Shown: positions 17,765 through 26,988 of the stretch, piece after piece
How the letters are laid out: every line of letters starts with the position of its first letter
Numbering within the stretch: the stretch's first letter is position 1
Position numbers and translations under genes: made by a program
The notes under the pieces: generated by a model
What the model saw: the letters and a program-made list of their open reading frames with translations, nothing else
Database searches by the model: none
Told to the model about the DNA's origin: nothing
From: a virus
Strand: one strand, 5' to 3'
Virus record (IMG/VR): IMGVR_UViG_3300032309_001318
Coordinates: 20,540-84,539 of that record
Length of the DNA stretch: 64,000 nt

Positions 17765-18273
17765 CGGCCAATTATAAATTAGACGCCATGTTTGAAATTA
17801 GAAAGTATTTATGGGAAAACCTATGCTCGTATAATGTCTTTGATCCAGAAGAGTATTATAGCGATTCTCTTGGAGACGTCATAATCCCTATTATTCCAGT
17901 TCAACAGTCCCCAGAAATGAATCAATTTTTAAGCGGGAAAAAGCATATTGTATATGACAAGGTTGGATTATCATATGAAGAAAATTGGCTAATATGTTGT
18001 GAGCAAATACTATTTACTGTTTATTCTACAGATGTCTCTGAAATATCAGAAATTCGAAATCTAATGACAGACCTATTTAGACGTATGGACGACTCTGCTG
18101 GAGACATAAATAAATCAGATAACATAAATGATAAATTTAAATTTCATAGTATATTTATAGCAGATATATCCCCAACGGCACCTTCTCAAGAGCTCCAAGG
18201 GTTCCTTTCAGCAGATATAACATTAGAGGTTAAATACTCTAGAATAACAGACCAGGCAGGAAGATTTCTATAG
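17761..18273 (+). CDS. Tail terminator protein
   Basis: Immediately precedes the tail tube gene; typical size. Confidence 0.55.
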   Translation: MTANYKLDAMFEIRKYLWENLCSYNVFDPEEYYSDSLGDVIIPIIPVQQSPEMNQFLSGKKHIVYDKVGLSYEENWLICCEQILFTVYSTDVSEISEIRNLMTDLFRRMDDSAGDINKSDNINDKFKFHSIFIADISPTAPSQELQGFLSADITLEVKYSRITDQAGRFL

Positions 18274-18274
18274 G

Positions 18275-18303
18275 TTGCTTTTAGTCAACTTGTTCCGTAT
18301 AAT
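18275..18303 (+). promoter_or_regulatory. Promoter TTGCTT-N17-TATAAT for the major tail gene
   Basis: Exact 17-nt spacer containing AGTCAACT. Confidence 0.65.
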
Positions 18304-18380
18304 TGGATACGAGGAAAGAAGCCTAGCCAGCTTGAGTTTAAGATTTAAATATATATATATTGAAATACAGGAGGTAGTAA

Positions 18381-19043
18381 ATGTCATTTAACAATGCCAA
18401 AAATATTCTTGTAGGTGCATCACCACTTTTCATTTCTGAGAAGGACTCAACACAGTCAGGTTATGTAGTACAAGAACCAGGATCAGTAGCAGCAGCTGCT
18501 TTTGCAGCTGGAGTTTCATACACAACAACATTAAACGCTTTAAATGGTTCAAAGTATCGTAACGTTGGTTTTACCAACAACGGTCTTCAAATCACTTATA
18601 ATCCAACATACGATTCAGTAACAGTAGATCAGCTACTTGATACAGCTAAGCTGTTCAAGTCTGCGATGGAGGTTATGATTGCAACAGAAATGGCCGAAGG
18701 AACACTAGAAAACGTTCTAGTAGTTTTCGGACAGGCTGGAGCACCAGCAACATCAGGCACAGGAAATACAAAGACAGACACAATCGGTCTTGAAGCAGGA
18801 GCTCTTGGTATTGCACCAACAGAGCGTCAGCTAATTGCCGTAGGTCAAGCACCTACAGCAGATGCCGCATCAGCTGAGCGTATTTACTATGGACGTCGTG
18901 TTTTGTCAGTACAACAGTCACAATTTTCTTTGGCTCGTACCCAAGCAACAACATTCCCAGTAACATTCCGTCTTCTTCCAGATTCAGCATACGCTGGTCA
19001 AGAATACGGTAAGATTATTGACCGTACATTAACAGTAGCTTAA
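18381..19043 (+). CDS. Major tail (tube) protein
   Basis: GGAGG RBS. NILVGA, VG.T.NGL...YNP......VDQ, FPVTFRLLP. Followed by a terminator and the chaperone genes. Confidence 0.85.
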   Translation: MSFNNAKNILVGASPLFISEKDSTQSGYVVQEPGSVAAAAFAAGVSYTTTLNALNGSKYRNVGFTNNGLQITYNPTYDSVTVDQLLDTAKLFKSAMEVMIATEMAEGTLENVLVVFGQAGAPATSGTGNTKTDTIGLEAGALGIAPTERQLIAVGQAPTADAASAERIYYGRRVLSVQQSQFSLARTQATTFPVTFRLLPDSAYAGQEYGKIIDRTLTVA

Positions 19044-19062
19044 TTTAATTTAATTAAATTAT

Positions 19063-19096
19063 AGAGACCCCCATTGATTTGGGGGTCTTTCTATTT
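19063..19096 (+). terminator. Intrinsic terminator after the tail tube gene
   Basis: AGAGACCCCCA-loop-TGGGGGTCTTT then CTATTT. Confidence 0.8.
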
Positions 19097-19123
19097 GTAG
19101 TGATAATGCCTATATGTTATAAT
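19095..19123 (+). promoter_or_regulatory. Promoter TTGTAG-N17-TATAAT with extended TG
   Basis: -10 at 19118-19123, upstream of the AGGAGG RBS. Confidence 0.6.
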
Positions 19124-19149
19124 AATTTAGACAATCCTAGGAGGATAAA

Positions 19150-19482
19150 TTGGCTACAACCGTATACAATGTAGAAGAAATTGAACTGCAAAATGGTTCA
19201 AAGATTAAATTAAAGCCACTGAGCATTAAGGCGCTACGCCTGTTTATGGCAGAGATTCAAAAAACACAATCGGCAGAAAATGAAGACGAAACATTAACAA
19301 TTCTAATTAACGCATGTGGAATTGCAATACAGTCACAGTTACCAGATTTGGTAGCAAATAAAGATTTACTAGAAGAAGCTTTGGACATGCCAACAATCAA
19401 TCGCATTCTTGACGTTTGCGGAGGGATCAAGCTTGACGACCCAAACCTTCTAGCGGCAGCGGTTCTGGCTGGTCAGAACTAG
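19150..19482 (+). CDS. Tail assembly chaperone (gpG-like)
   Basis: TTG start with AGGAGG RBS; lies between tail tube and tape measure genes. Confidence 0.85.
   Translation: MATTVYNVEEIELQNGSKIKLKPLSIKALRLFMAEIQKTQSAENEDETLTILINACGIAIQSQLPDLVANKDLLEEALDMPTINRILDVCGGIKLDDPNLLAAAVLAGQN
19440..19446 (+). other. Programmed -1 frameshift slippery site C CCA AAC
   Basis: X XXY YYZ heptamer in the gpG frame. The -1 frame has a stop at 19434-19436 and is then open to 19808. Confidence 0.8.
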
Positions 19483-19808
19483 ATTTAGCCGCTTTGCTAG
19501 GAGAAGTTTTTCTTTTAGGTAATTGGAAAAATTACGAAGAACTAGAAGAAAGTCTTTCAATGCCAGAGTTAATACAAACATTTAAGTCTATGCAAAAGAC
19601 TGAAGAAGAAAAAAGAAAATTCTTGGCTTCTTTACAAGGTGTAAACTTAAACGAAGAAGAAAAAACAGAAGGTCCAACCTTCGAAGATATACAAAGAAGG
19701 GCTTTGGGAATAGATGCATCAGGAGATGATGTAGTTTCCTTACAAGGCCCACTTGCAGCACAGCAAGGATTTGGTATTGGGGTAGGGTTAGGATACTCTA
19801 AGGGGTAG
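19440..19808 (+). CDS. C-terminal part of the frameshifted tail assembly chaperone (gpGT-like)
   Basis: -1 frame reads PKPSSGSGSGWSELDLAALLGEVFLLG... and includes track ORF 19494-19808, which has no RBS of its own. Confidence 0.78.
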   Translation, partial: PKPSSGSGSGWSELDLAALLGEVFLLGNWKNYEELEESLSMPELIQTFKSMQKTEEEKRKFLASLQGVNLNEEEKTEGPTFEDIQRRALGIDASGDDVVSLQGPLAAQQGFGIGVGLGYSKG

Positions 19809-19818
19809 AATATAGTTA

Positions 19819-22800
19819 ATGGCTGAAGAACAAATAGTAACGAACATAGTTGCTAAATCTGATTTTTCAAATCTTATTACAGATCTTAATAAGGTATCTT
19901 CAGCCTTAACAGGTTTACAAGACAAACTACAAGCAACCAATAAAACATTAGCAGCGCAAGTTGCTGTAATGAATAGATCCTTTGCAGAAACAATGCGAAG
20001 CACAGGTCAATTCTCAACACACTTTGTTAGCCTAAGTTCAGACGTAGAAAAATTTGGCTCTCAATTAGATAAAGGCCAGATGAAGCTTGGTAAGTTTTTT
20101 CAAACTTATTCACAACACATAAAATCAAACGGTGGATTAATAAGAGATTTAGCAAAACAGCAAGTACAACTACAAAATTCAGTTCTTCAACCACTGGGCA
20201 GAAATGCCGAAGGTATGATGCAATACAATGTTCATATACCAAGAGGCTTAGATGTAGTTAAAAACAAAACAGCAATAGCCAAGCAAGAATTAATGATTAT
20301 GAATAAAGTTATTCAAGAAGGTGCTGGGCAATTAATTAACTGGGGTAAAAATACACAGTGGGCTGGACGTCAATTAACAGTAGGATTAACAGTACCACTT
20401 CTAGCATTTGGAAAAGCCTCTGCAGATGCATTTAAAAACGCTGATCAACAACTTGTAAGATTAACAAAAGTTTATGGCGGAATTGCAGCAGTTTCATCAC
20501 AAGAACTTGGCAAAGTAAGGCAAGACGTAATTCAAACCGCAAATGAAATAGCTAAAGCTTACGGTAGTTCGTTTACAGATACCATTGCTCTTGCTGCAGA
20601 CATTGCAGCTACTGGAAAACAGGGAAATGAACTACTTGGTTCAATTAAAGAAACTACTCGCTTAGCAGTTCTTGGCGAAGTAGATAGACAAGATGCAATG
20701 AAAGCAACACTTGCAATTCAAACAGCATTTAAACAAAATACAGAAGAGTTGTCTGAATCAATTAACTTTCTTAACGCAGTAGAAAACCAAACTTCAACTA
20801 CTCTAAACGATTTAGTAGAAGCAATTCCTAAAGCGGGTCCAATTGTTAAAGGTCTTGGTGGAGACGTAAAAGATCTTGCTCTTTATTTAACTGCAATGAG
20901 AGAAGGCGGAATTAATGCTTCAGAAGGAGCAAACGCATTAAAATCTGGTTTAGCTTCTTTAATTAATCCAACTAAAGTAGCAAAAGGAATGTTTGAGGGT
21001 TTTGGAATATCTTTAACAGATATAGTTCAAAGAAATGCAGGAGACACAACAGCAACTATATTAGAGCTACAGTCAGCATTAGAGACATTGAATCCATTAC
21101 AAAAGCAACAAGCTTTAGAGCAACTGTTTGGAAAATTCCAATTTGCTCGCATGAATGCATTATTTGAAAATCTTGGAAAGCAAGGAAGTCAAACTTTACA
21201 GGTATTAGATTTAATGAAAGCAAGCTCTCAAGAGCTAGGAAGTTTAGCTGATCGAGAATTATTGGCTGTAACAGAATCTGCATCTGGTAAATATCGTAGA
21301 GCAATAGAAGGATTAAAAGCAGACCTAGCTGGGGTCGGAGAACAATTCCTAAAAATTAATACTTCTTTAATAAAATTTGTTAACGGAATATTGGATTTTG
21401 CACAATCTTTACCAAACCCAATTAAACAAGCATTAGGATTTATTGGAATGATTACTGCTGCATCTGGTCCATTAATTATGTTAACTGGTGTGCTTGCAAA
21501 CTTCTTTGGATATATTATTAAAGGAGCTTCACACTTTAGGTCTTTCTTCAAAGGTGGAGAAGGCTGGAAACTGTTAACTCCAGAAATACTTGCAGCACAA
21601 AAAGCTGGTAATTTAGTTGAACAAACATTTTATAGCGATGCAAAAGCCGCTGCTGTATTAAAACAAGCAATATCATCTTTGTCTGCAGAGTTCGCAACAT
21701 TAGAACAAAGAGCAATGTCTGCAGCAGTTTCCGTAAACCCAGCAGTTTCAACTGTTGGCGGAACAACAATAATGGCAGGAAGTGTAAACTCATCACATCC
21801 ACTTGTTGGAAAACCAGGAACTAGAGCAGCAGCACACCATAATCCAAGATCTGGAATGTCTCAGTCACAAAGAGACTCACAAACTATTCACTCAGTTACA
21901 CCAGCACCAATTCCTGTAAATCAAAAAATAGGAGCGGTGCCACAAATATTTATGGGAGACAATTTCCCACAATATGAAGGACTAACAACTTCTAAAGGAG
22001 TTTCAACTGGAATTGTTGCAGGAGAAGCAGCAAAGTGGCATGCAATGATGGGTTCTTTGTCTATGATGACAAAACAAGAAGTTGCTGCGCTTAAAAAAGA
22101 AATTGCTAGAACTGGAACATTCAGCGCAGAAATAAACAGTACATTTGGTCAACTCCTACCAGCGATGACAAAACTAACATCGAATGCAGCAACAGAGTCA
22201 GCAGCAATTGTTAGACAGCTTCAGTCTGGTAAAATAACAGTAGATGCGGCTCGTACAAAAATTATTGCAGTTAATGCTGAACTAGAAAGATTGATGGCTC
22301 AAACAACATCACAAGTAGCAGCAGGATTAGGAAGAACTGCAAACTTAACGCAGGTTCCTTTAATTAATCAGCCTATTGTAAGTAATACTGGAAAATCAAA
22401 TATTAAAGAAATATTTAGACCAAATAGAAAAGCATCTGGAATTCTTGATAAAATTGCTAAAACATTAGGAGTAAGAACCTGGGGTGGCGGATACTCAACA
22501 GAAACAACTATTCCAAAAAGATTTAATACAGGCAATATTGTTCCAGGAACAGGCAATACTGATACAGTTCCAGCAATGCTTACCCCAGGAGAGTTTGTTG
22601 TTAACAAAAAGTCAACACAAGAAAATCTTTCTTTGTTACATGCAATAAATGGTGGTGGAATTTCTAATAATGGACAATATAATAAAGGCGGCAAAGTAAC
22701 TGACAGGATTACTCAGGCACTTCTAAGCCTATTTGGCAAAGCATCGGAATCCCCAACTTCCCCACAAAGAGCACACATGGCTCCAGACGAAAAATCTTTA

Positions 22801-25800
22801 TTGATGTGGTCTACAAGAAGAGTAAATCAAAATACTAGAAGCAATACAAAAACAGATTCATTGTTTATGACTGGTAACCAAATTGCAGATGACTTTGACT
22901 TCTTAATGTCTCAGGGTTTGCACCCTATGGACTTAATTCAAGAATCTGGCATGAAGCTAGGTTATTCAATAAGTGGATCAGATAAAGATAGAATTTATAA
23001 AGATTTTATTTCTAAATTAAGAAACAATCATGGAGGTCAATTATTCGGGGGAAAAAATAACATTCCTTTAGAAGTAGTTGCAGATTCAATACTAAGGCCG
23101 CATCTAGAACAGTTTACAAGTTCAAAATCTACCATGCCAAATTATTACGAAGACGTTACGGACCTTCAAACAGTTAGAGGATCTACTGCATCTCATCCAA
23201 ATCGAAGCACAGGATTTATTTCTAGGTCGGGAAGAGCAATTCCTAGAGGAATAAAAAGTATTTTATCTACAGCAACTGGAGGAAGCAAAAGATCAAGAAT
23301 TAATTTTTCATTAAAAAATCTATCTCCAATGTCTAGAAGGCTTCCAATGTTTAGAAACTTAGGTGGTTCAGTTCCAGGATACAACTTAGGTGGAGTTGTT
23401 GGAAACGTATTAAAGGGAACAGCATTTAAAAATGTAGGTGCTAAATTTGGAAAGATTGGCGATACCTGGGGTGCTACATCTATGTCACTTGGAATGGGTA
23501 AAAAATTATTTGGTAGTTCTGGCTTAACTCCTAAAGCACAAAATTTAATGTATGGAAAACTTATAGAAAATCTTGAAAAAGAAAGACCATATGGATATGT
23601 AAAAGATGCTAGAGGAAGTCTTCAAAGGGCTCTGGAGCCAGATATTGTAGACACACTTCTCAAATCATCTGCATCAGATGTACTTAGCTCAGGTGGTAAA
23701 AGTTTAAGTAAAATTGATAGAGAAATATTAAAGACTAAATTTGCAAATTGGGATTCAAAATCATGGACACCATCAACATCTAAAGTAAGAAAACAAATGT
23801 TTGGTATGAATAAGGGTGGAATGGTTGGCGGAAGAATTCCAGGAGTCCAGTATTATAATCAGGGTGGAGGACCAGTATCAGCGTTCACTTCTGGATTAAA
23901 AAATCCATATGGCAAAAGTTTAGTTTCTGGCGGAATGAATATTCCACAAATGGGTATGGGCGCTCAAATGGGAATTGGTATGGGCGGAATGATGGTAGGA
24001 AGCATGGTTGGTGGACCTGCTGGTACGGGAATAATGCTAGCGTCTAACATGCTGCCATTAATCTCTGGGTTAAAAGGTCTTGGAGGAGTTTTGCCAACTG
24101 TTACAAAGCTTGCAGGAGTTCTTGGAAAACTAACAATTCCTGGTGCAGTAATTGGCGGAGCATTTATGCTAGGAAAAGCTTTACTGGCTCTTAAGAAAAA
24201 TTATGAAGATGTAGGTAAAGCAAACAGGTTAGCATTTGGTGGCACTCAGGAATCATTTGCATCTGTTGGAATTACTAAATTTAAAACGTTATCAGATAGA
24301 ATAAAAGAAGTTAATGAGCAAATAGAATTAAATAAAGTTAAAGCCCAATCATCATATGAACAGTATACAAAAAATGGACCAACTGGAATCACATTAAGTA
24401 TAGCCGAATTAAATAAGGCTGTAGAAGAAGCTAAAAAGAATCAAACTGAATACATAGAAGCATTTAATAAAATTGATAGTAGCCAGGTAAATAAATATGC
24501 TTCTGATCTTAAAGCACAATTTGTTGCTATGGGCCTATCAGCATCAGAAGCGTCTAATAAAATATATGCAATGATTAAAGCTTCTGAAAAAGCTGGCCAG
24601 TCATTCTCCGCAGTAACAAGCAATGATTTTAGAAGCATAATAGATCAAAGTTCTGCACTAGCTAAATTATTTGAAAACCTTAGCAAAGCATCGACAGTAA
24701 ATAACTTTAACCCAGAAGAGTTTGCTACTGGACTAGAAACTTTAATTAATTCGGTAATGGCATATCAAGAAGGTTTAATTGGAACAAAAGACGCAGTAAA
24801 TCCTGAAAAAATAATTAGCGCAGCAGATTCACTTAGAATAACAATGGAAAAAATTGGTAAAATAAATAAATCTAATGCCACATTAAATTCAGATCAAGTA
24901 AATAAATTAAAAGAGCAGAATGTAATATATGCATCTATTTTAGGAAAAGCAGAGTCTTTAGCAAGCGTAACAGCGAAAGTATTGCTGTATAACTCAGAAC
25001 TTGGATCTGTAATAAATCTTTCAAGAATGTCTGGCCAAGAAGCTATAGACCTTACAAGCAACCTTTCAGTATTACAAAATGGATTAAATCAAATAACAGA
25101 AGATACAAATAAGGGAAATAAAAATCCATTATCATTCTTGGCAGGCGCTATTGCTAGAGCAACTACAGCAACAAAAGATTATGCAACATCAATTAAAACT
25201 GCTCAAAAACAAGATGCAGATTATTATAGAAATAAAATAAAGGCAATAGATTTAGAAATAAAGAAAATCAATGAAGCGGCAAATGCTAGGAAAAAGGCTT
25301 TACAAGATCAGCAAGATGCTGAGTCATTTGCAACTGAAATTAAAAAGAAGCAAATAGAATATCAAGATGCTTTAGCTGCTGGAGACATGTCAAGAGCTGC
25401 ACAAGCACAGGCAGACATACAGCAATTAACTAAAGAAAAGCAAATTAGATCTGCCATTGCAGCAATTGATGAAAAAGCAGCAGCAGACATAAAAATAAAA
25501 GAAGCACAAAAACAAAAACTGCAAGATGCTGAAGATAAGTTTAATAAGGGAATACAAACATCAATGGCTAAATCTGCAGAAACAACTGCAAATTTAACTA
25601 AACTAAAAAGCATTAGAGATGAAATCGAAAGACTATCAATCCTAGGGAGAACGCCAGGTGCCGATAAAGAAGGAATTAAAAAACAAATTGCAGATATTTT
25701 AATTGGGTTAAAGACTGGCACAAAAGATGAAAGAAGCATGTACTCCGAATACGAGAAGCAATACGGAGGAGGGGACAGACCTTATAATCAACGAAATCCA

Positions 25801-26517
25801 TTAAGTATGGCTGGAAACCTGCTATCAGCAATGAATTCATCAATTAATTCAAAGGGAGCCTCAGACTCAACATTCCAATCTGCTGTTACTAAATTTGACG
25901 CTGCTGTAAATAAGTTTGCTAATAATGAGCCAATTCAAAAATTTAGAATGGCAAAAGAAGGAGAATATAATAAAAAGTTTGGGGCATATGATACTGCATA
26001 TATGACATTTGAAGGCCCTACAGGAGATAAGCAAACTAAATTAATTAGTTCAAAACAATACCAGCAAACGTTTGATAGTATGATTAAAAATAAATATGTA
26101 TTCTTAGGATACTCTCAAACAAATAGCACAGGCGCAGCTCAGGGTGCAACTGATCGTGGGGATAAAGGATTTCAAGTTAAAAAAGCATACGGAGGATTTG
26201 TTTCTGGTCCAGGTACATCAACGTCAGACTCTATTCCAGCAATGCTTTCAAACGGAGAGTATGTAATAAATGCTGATTCAGTTAAAAAGTATGGAGTCCA
26301 AACATTTGAAGCATTTAATAATAAAAAATATGCAATGGGCGGATACGTACAAAGAACTCCTTATGCCGAAGGCGGGTTAGCAAAGTCATCTAACTCTTTA
26401 TATAATATTAATGTTACACTTAACGGATCAGATCTTGATGCAAATGATGTAGCAAGAGCAATTCATAGAGAAATGAAAATGCGTGAGATAGCCTCTGGAA
26501 GGAGTAGAACATTATGA
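19819..26517 (+). CDS. Tape measure protein (2232 aa)
   Basis: Very long Ala/Gly/Leu-rich helical ORF after the chaperones; TP901-type core (LAADIAATG, GANALKS); two D.VPAML..GE.V motifs. Confidence 0.95.
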   Translation: MAEEQIVTNIVAKSDFSNLITDLNKVSSALTGLQDKLQATNKTLAAQVAVMNRSFAETMRSTGQFSTHFVSLSSDVEKFGSQLDKGQMKLGKFFQTYSQHIKSNGGLIRDLAKQQVQLQNSVLQPLGRNAEGMMQYNVHIPRGLDVVKNKTAIAKQELMIMNKVIQEGAGQLINWGKNTQWAGRQLTVGLTVPLLAFGKASADAFKNADQQLVRLTKVYGGIAAVSSQELGKVRQDVIQTANEIAKAYGSSFTDTIALAADIAATGKQGNELLGSIKETTRLAVLGEVDRQDAMKATLAIQTAFKQNTEELSESINFLNAVENQTSTTLNDLVEAIPKAGPIVKGLGGDVKDLALYLTAMREGGINASEGANALKSGLASLINPTKVAKGMFEGFGISLTDIVQRNAGDTTATILELQSALETLNPLQKQQALEQLFGKFQFARMNALFENLGKQGSQTLQVLDLMKASSQELGSLADRELLAVTESASGKYRRAIEGLKADLAGVGEQFLKINTSLIKFVNGILDFAQSLPNPIKQALGFIGMITAASGPLIMLTGVLANFFGYIIKGASHFRSFFKGGEGWKLLTPEILAAQKAGNLVEQTFYSDAKAAAVLKQAISSLSAEFATLEQRAMSAAVSVNPAVSTVGGTTIMAGSVNSSHPLVGKPGTRAAAHHNPRSGMSQSQRDSQTIHSVTPAPIPVNQKIGAVPQIFMGDNFPQYEGLTTSKGVSTGIVAGEAAKWHAMMGSLSMMTKQEVAALKKEIARTGTFSAEINSTFGQLLPAMTKLTSNAATESAAIVRQLQSGKITVDAARTKIIAVNAELERLMAQTTSQVAAGLGRTANLTQVPLINQPIVSNTGKSNIKEIFRPNRKASGILDKIAKTLGVRTWGGGYSTETTIPKRFNTGNIVPGTGNTDTVPAMLTPGEFVVNKKSTQENLSLLHAINGGGISNNGQYNKGGKVTDRITQALLSLFGKASESPTSPQRAHMAPDEKSLLMWSTRRVNQNTRSNTKTDSLFMTGNQIADDFDFLMSQGLHPMDLIQESGMKLGYSISGSDKDRIYKDFISKLRNNHGGQLFGGKNNIPLEVVADSILRPHLEQFTSSKSTMPNYYEDVTDLQTVRGSTASHPNRSTGFISRSGRAIPRGIKSILSTATGGSKRSRINFSLKNLSPMSRRLPMFRNLGGSVPGYNLGGVVGNVLKGTAFKNVGAKFGKIGDTWGATSMSLGMGKKLFGSSGLTPKAQNLMYGKLIENLEKERPYGYVKDARGSLQRALEPDIVDTLLKSSASDVLSSGGKSLSKIDREILKTKFANWDSKSWTPSTSKVRKQMFGMNKGGMVGGRIPGVQYYNQGGGPVSAFTSGLKNPYGKSLVSGGMNIPQMGMGAQMGIGMGGMMVGSMVGGPAGTGIMLASNMLPLISGLKGLGGVLPTVTKLAGVLGKLTIPGAVIGGAFMLGKALLALKKNYEDVGKANRLAFGGTQESFASVGITKFKTLSDRIKEVNEQIELNKVKAQSSYEQYTKNGPTGITLSIAELNKAVEEAKKNQTEYIEAFNKIDSSQVNKYASDLKAQFVAMGLSASEASNKIYAMIKASEKAGQSFSAVTSNDFRSIIDQSSALAKLFENLSKASTVNNFNPEEFATGLETLINSVMAYQEGLIGTKDAVNPEKIISAADSLRITMEKIGKINKSNATLNSDQVNKLKEQNVIYASILGKAESLASVTAKVLLYNSELGSVINLSRMSGQEAIDLTSNLSVLQNGLNQITEDTNKGNKNPLSFLAGAIARATTATKDYATSIKTAQKQDADYYRNKIKAIDLEIKKINEAANARKKALQDQQDAESFATEIKKKQIEYQDALAAGDMSRAAQAQADIQQLTKEKQIRSAIAAIDEKAAADIKIKEAQKQKLQDAEDKFNKGIQTSMAKSAETTANLTKLKSIRDEIERLSILGRTPGADKEGIKKQIADILIGLKTGTKDERSMYSEYEKQYGGGDRPYNQRNPLSMAGNLLSAMNSSINSKGASDSTFQSAVTKFDAAVNKFANNEPIQKFRMAKEGEYNKKFGAYDTAYMTFEGPTGDKQTKLISSKQYQQTFDSMIKNKYVFLGYSQTNSTGAAQGATDRGDKGFQVKKAYGGFVSGPGTSTSDSIPAMLSNGEYVINADSVKKYGVQTFEAFNNKKYAMGGYVQRTPYAEGGLAKSSNSLYNINVTLNGSDLDANDVARAIHREMKMREIASGRSRTL

Positions 26518-26987
26518 CAACAGTAACAATGCCTAGAGGATCTATACTTCAAATTCAAGGGTATGACGCATCTGCAAATGGCGGAGATGGTTCATTAAAA
26601 TACAATAAAGTTTCAGAACACAATAGATCTCAATTTGATATTTCAACTGATCGCATTGAAAAGCAACAAAGAATGTCTAATGGAACACTTAGAAAGTTTT
26701 TTATAGCAGACAAAAAAACATTTACCTTGTCATGGGACATGCTTCCATCATATAGAACATTAACAGTTGATGGTGCATGGGGAGCAGAAGATTTAAGAAC
26801 ATTTTACAGTAGTGCCCAAGGGCAGTCATCATTTAATATTAGAGTAAATTTAGCAAAAAATGGAACTAATCAGGAGGCAGCAAATTATGAAGAGTACACA
26901 GTTGTGTTTAGCGACTGTAACTTTACAGTATTAAAACGAGGCTTACAGCCATTTTGGAATGTATCAATAACACTGGTAGAGGTCTAA
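26514..26987 (+). CDS. Distal tail (Dit-like) protein
   Basis: Directly after the tape measure gene; RM.NGTLR, SW.MLP, W.VSITL.EV. Confidence 0.6.
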   Translation: MTTVTMPRGSILQIQGYDASANGGDGSLKYNKVSEHNRSQFDISTDRIEKQQRMSNGTLRKFFIADKKTFTLSWDMLPSYRTLTVDGAWGAEDLRTFYSSAQGQSSFNIRVNLAKNGTNQEAANYEEYTVVFSDCNFTVLKRGLQPFWNVSITLVEV

Positions 26988-26988
26988 A

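Noticed and set aside
18349-18361. (AT)n run upstream of the tail tube gene
   Set aside because: Short and unremarkable in AT-rich intergenic DNA.
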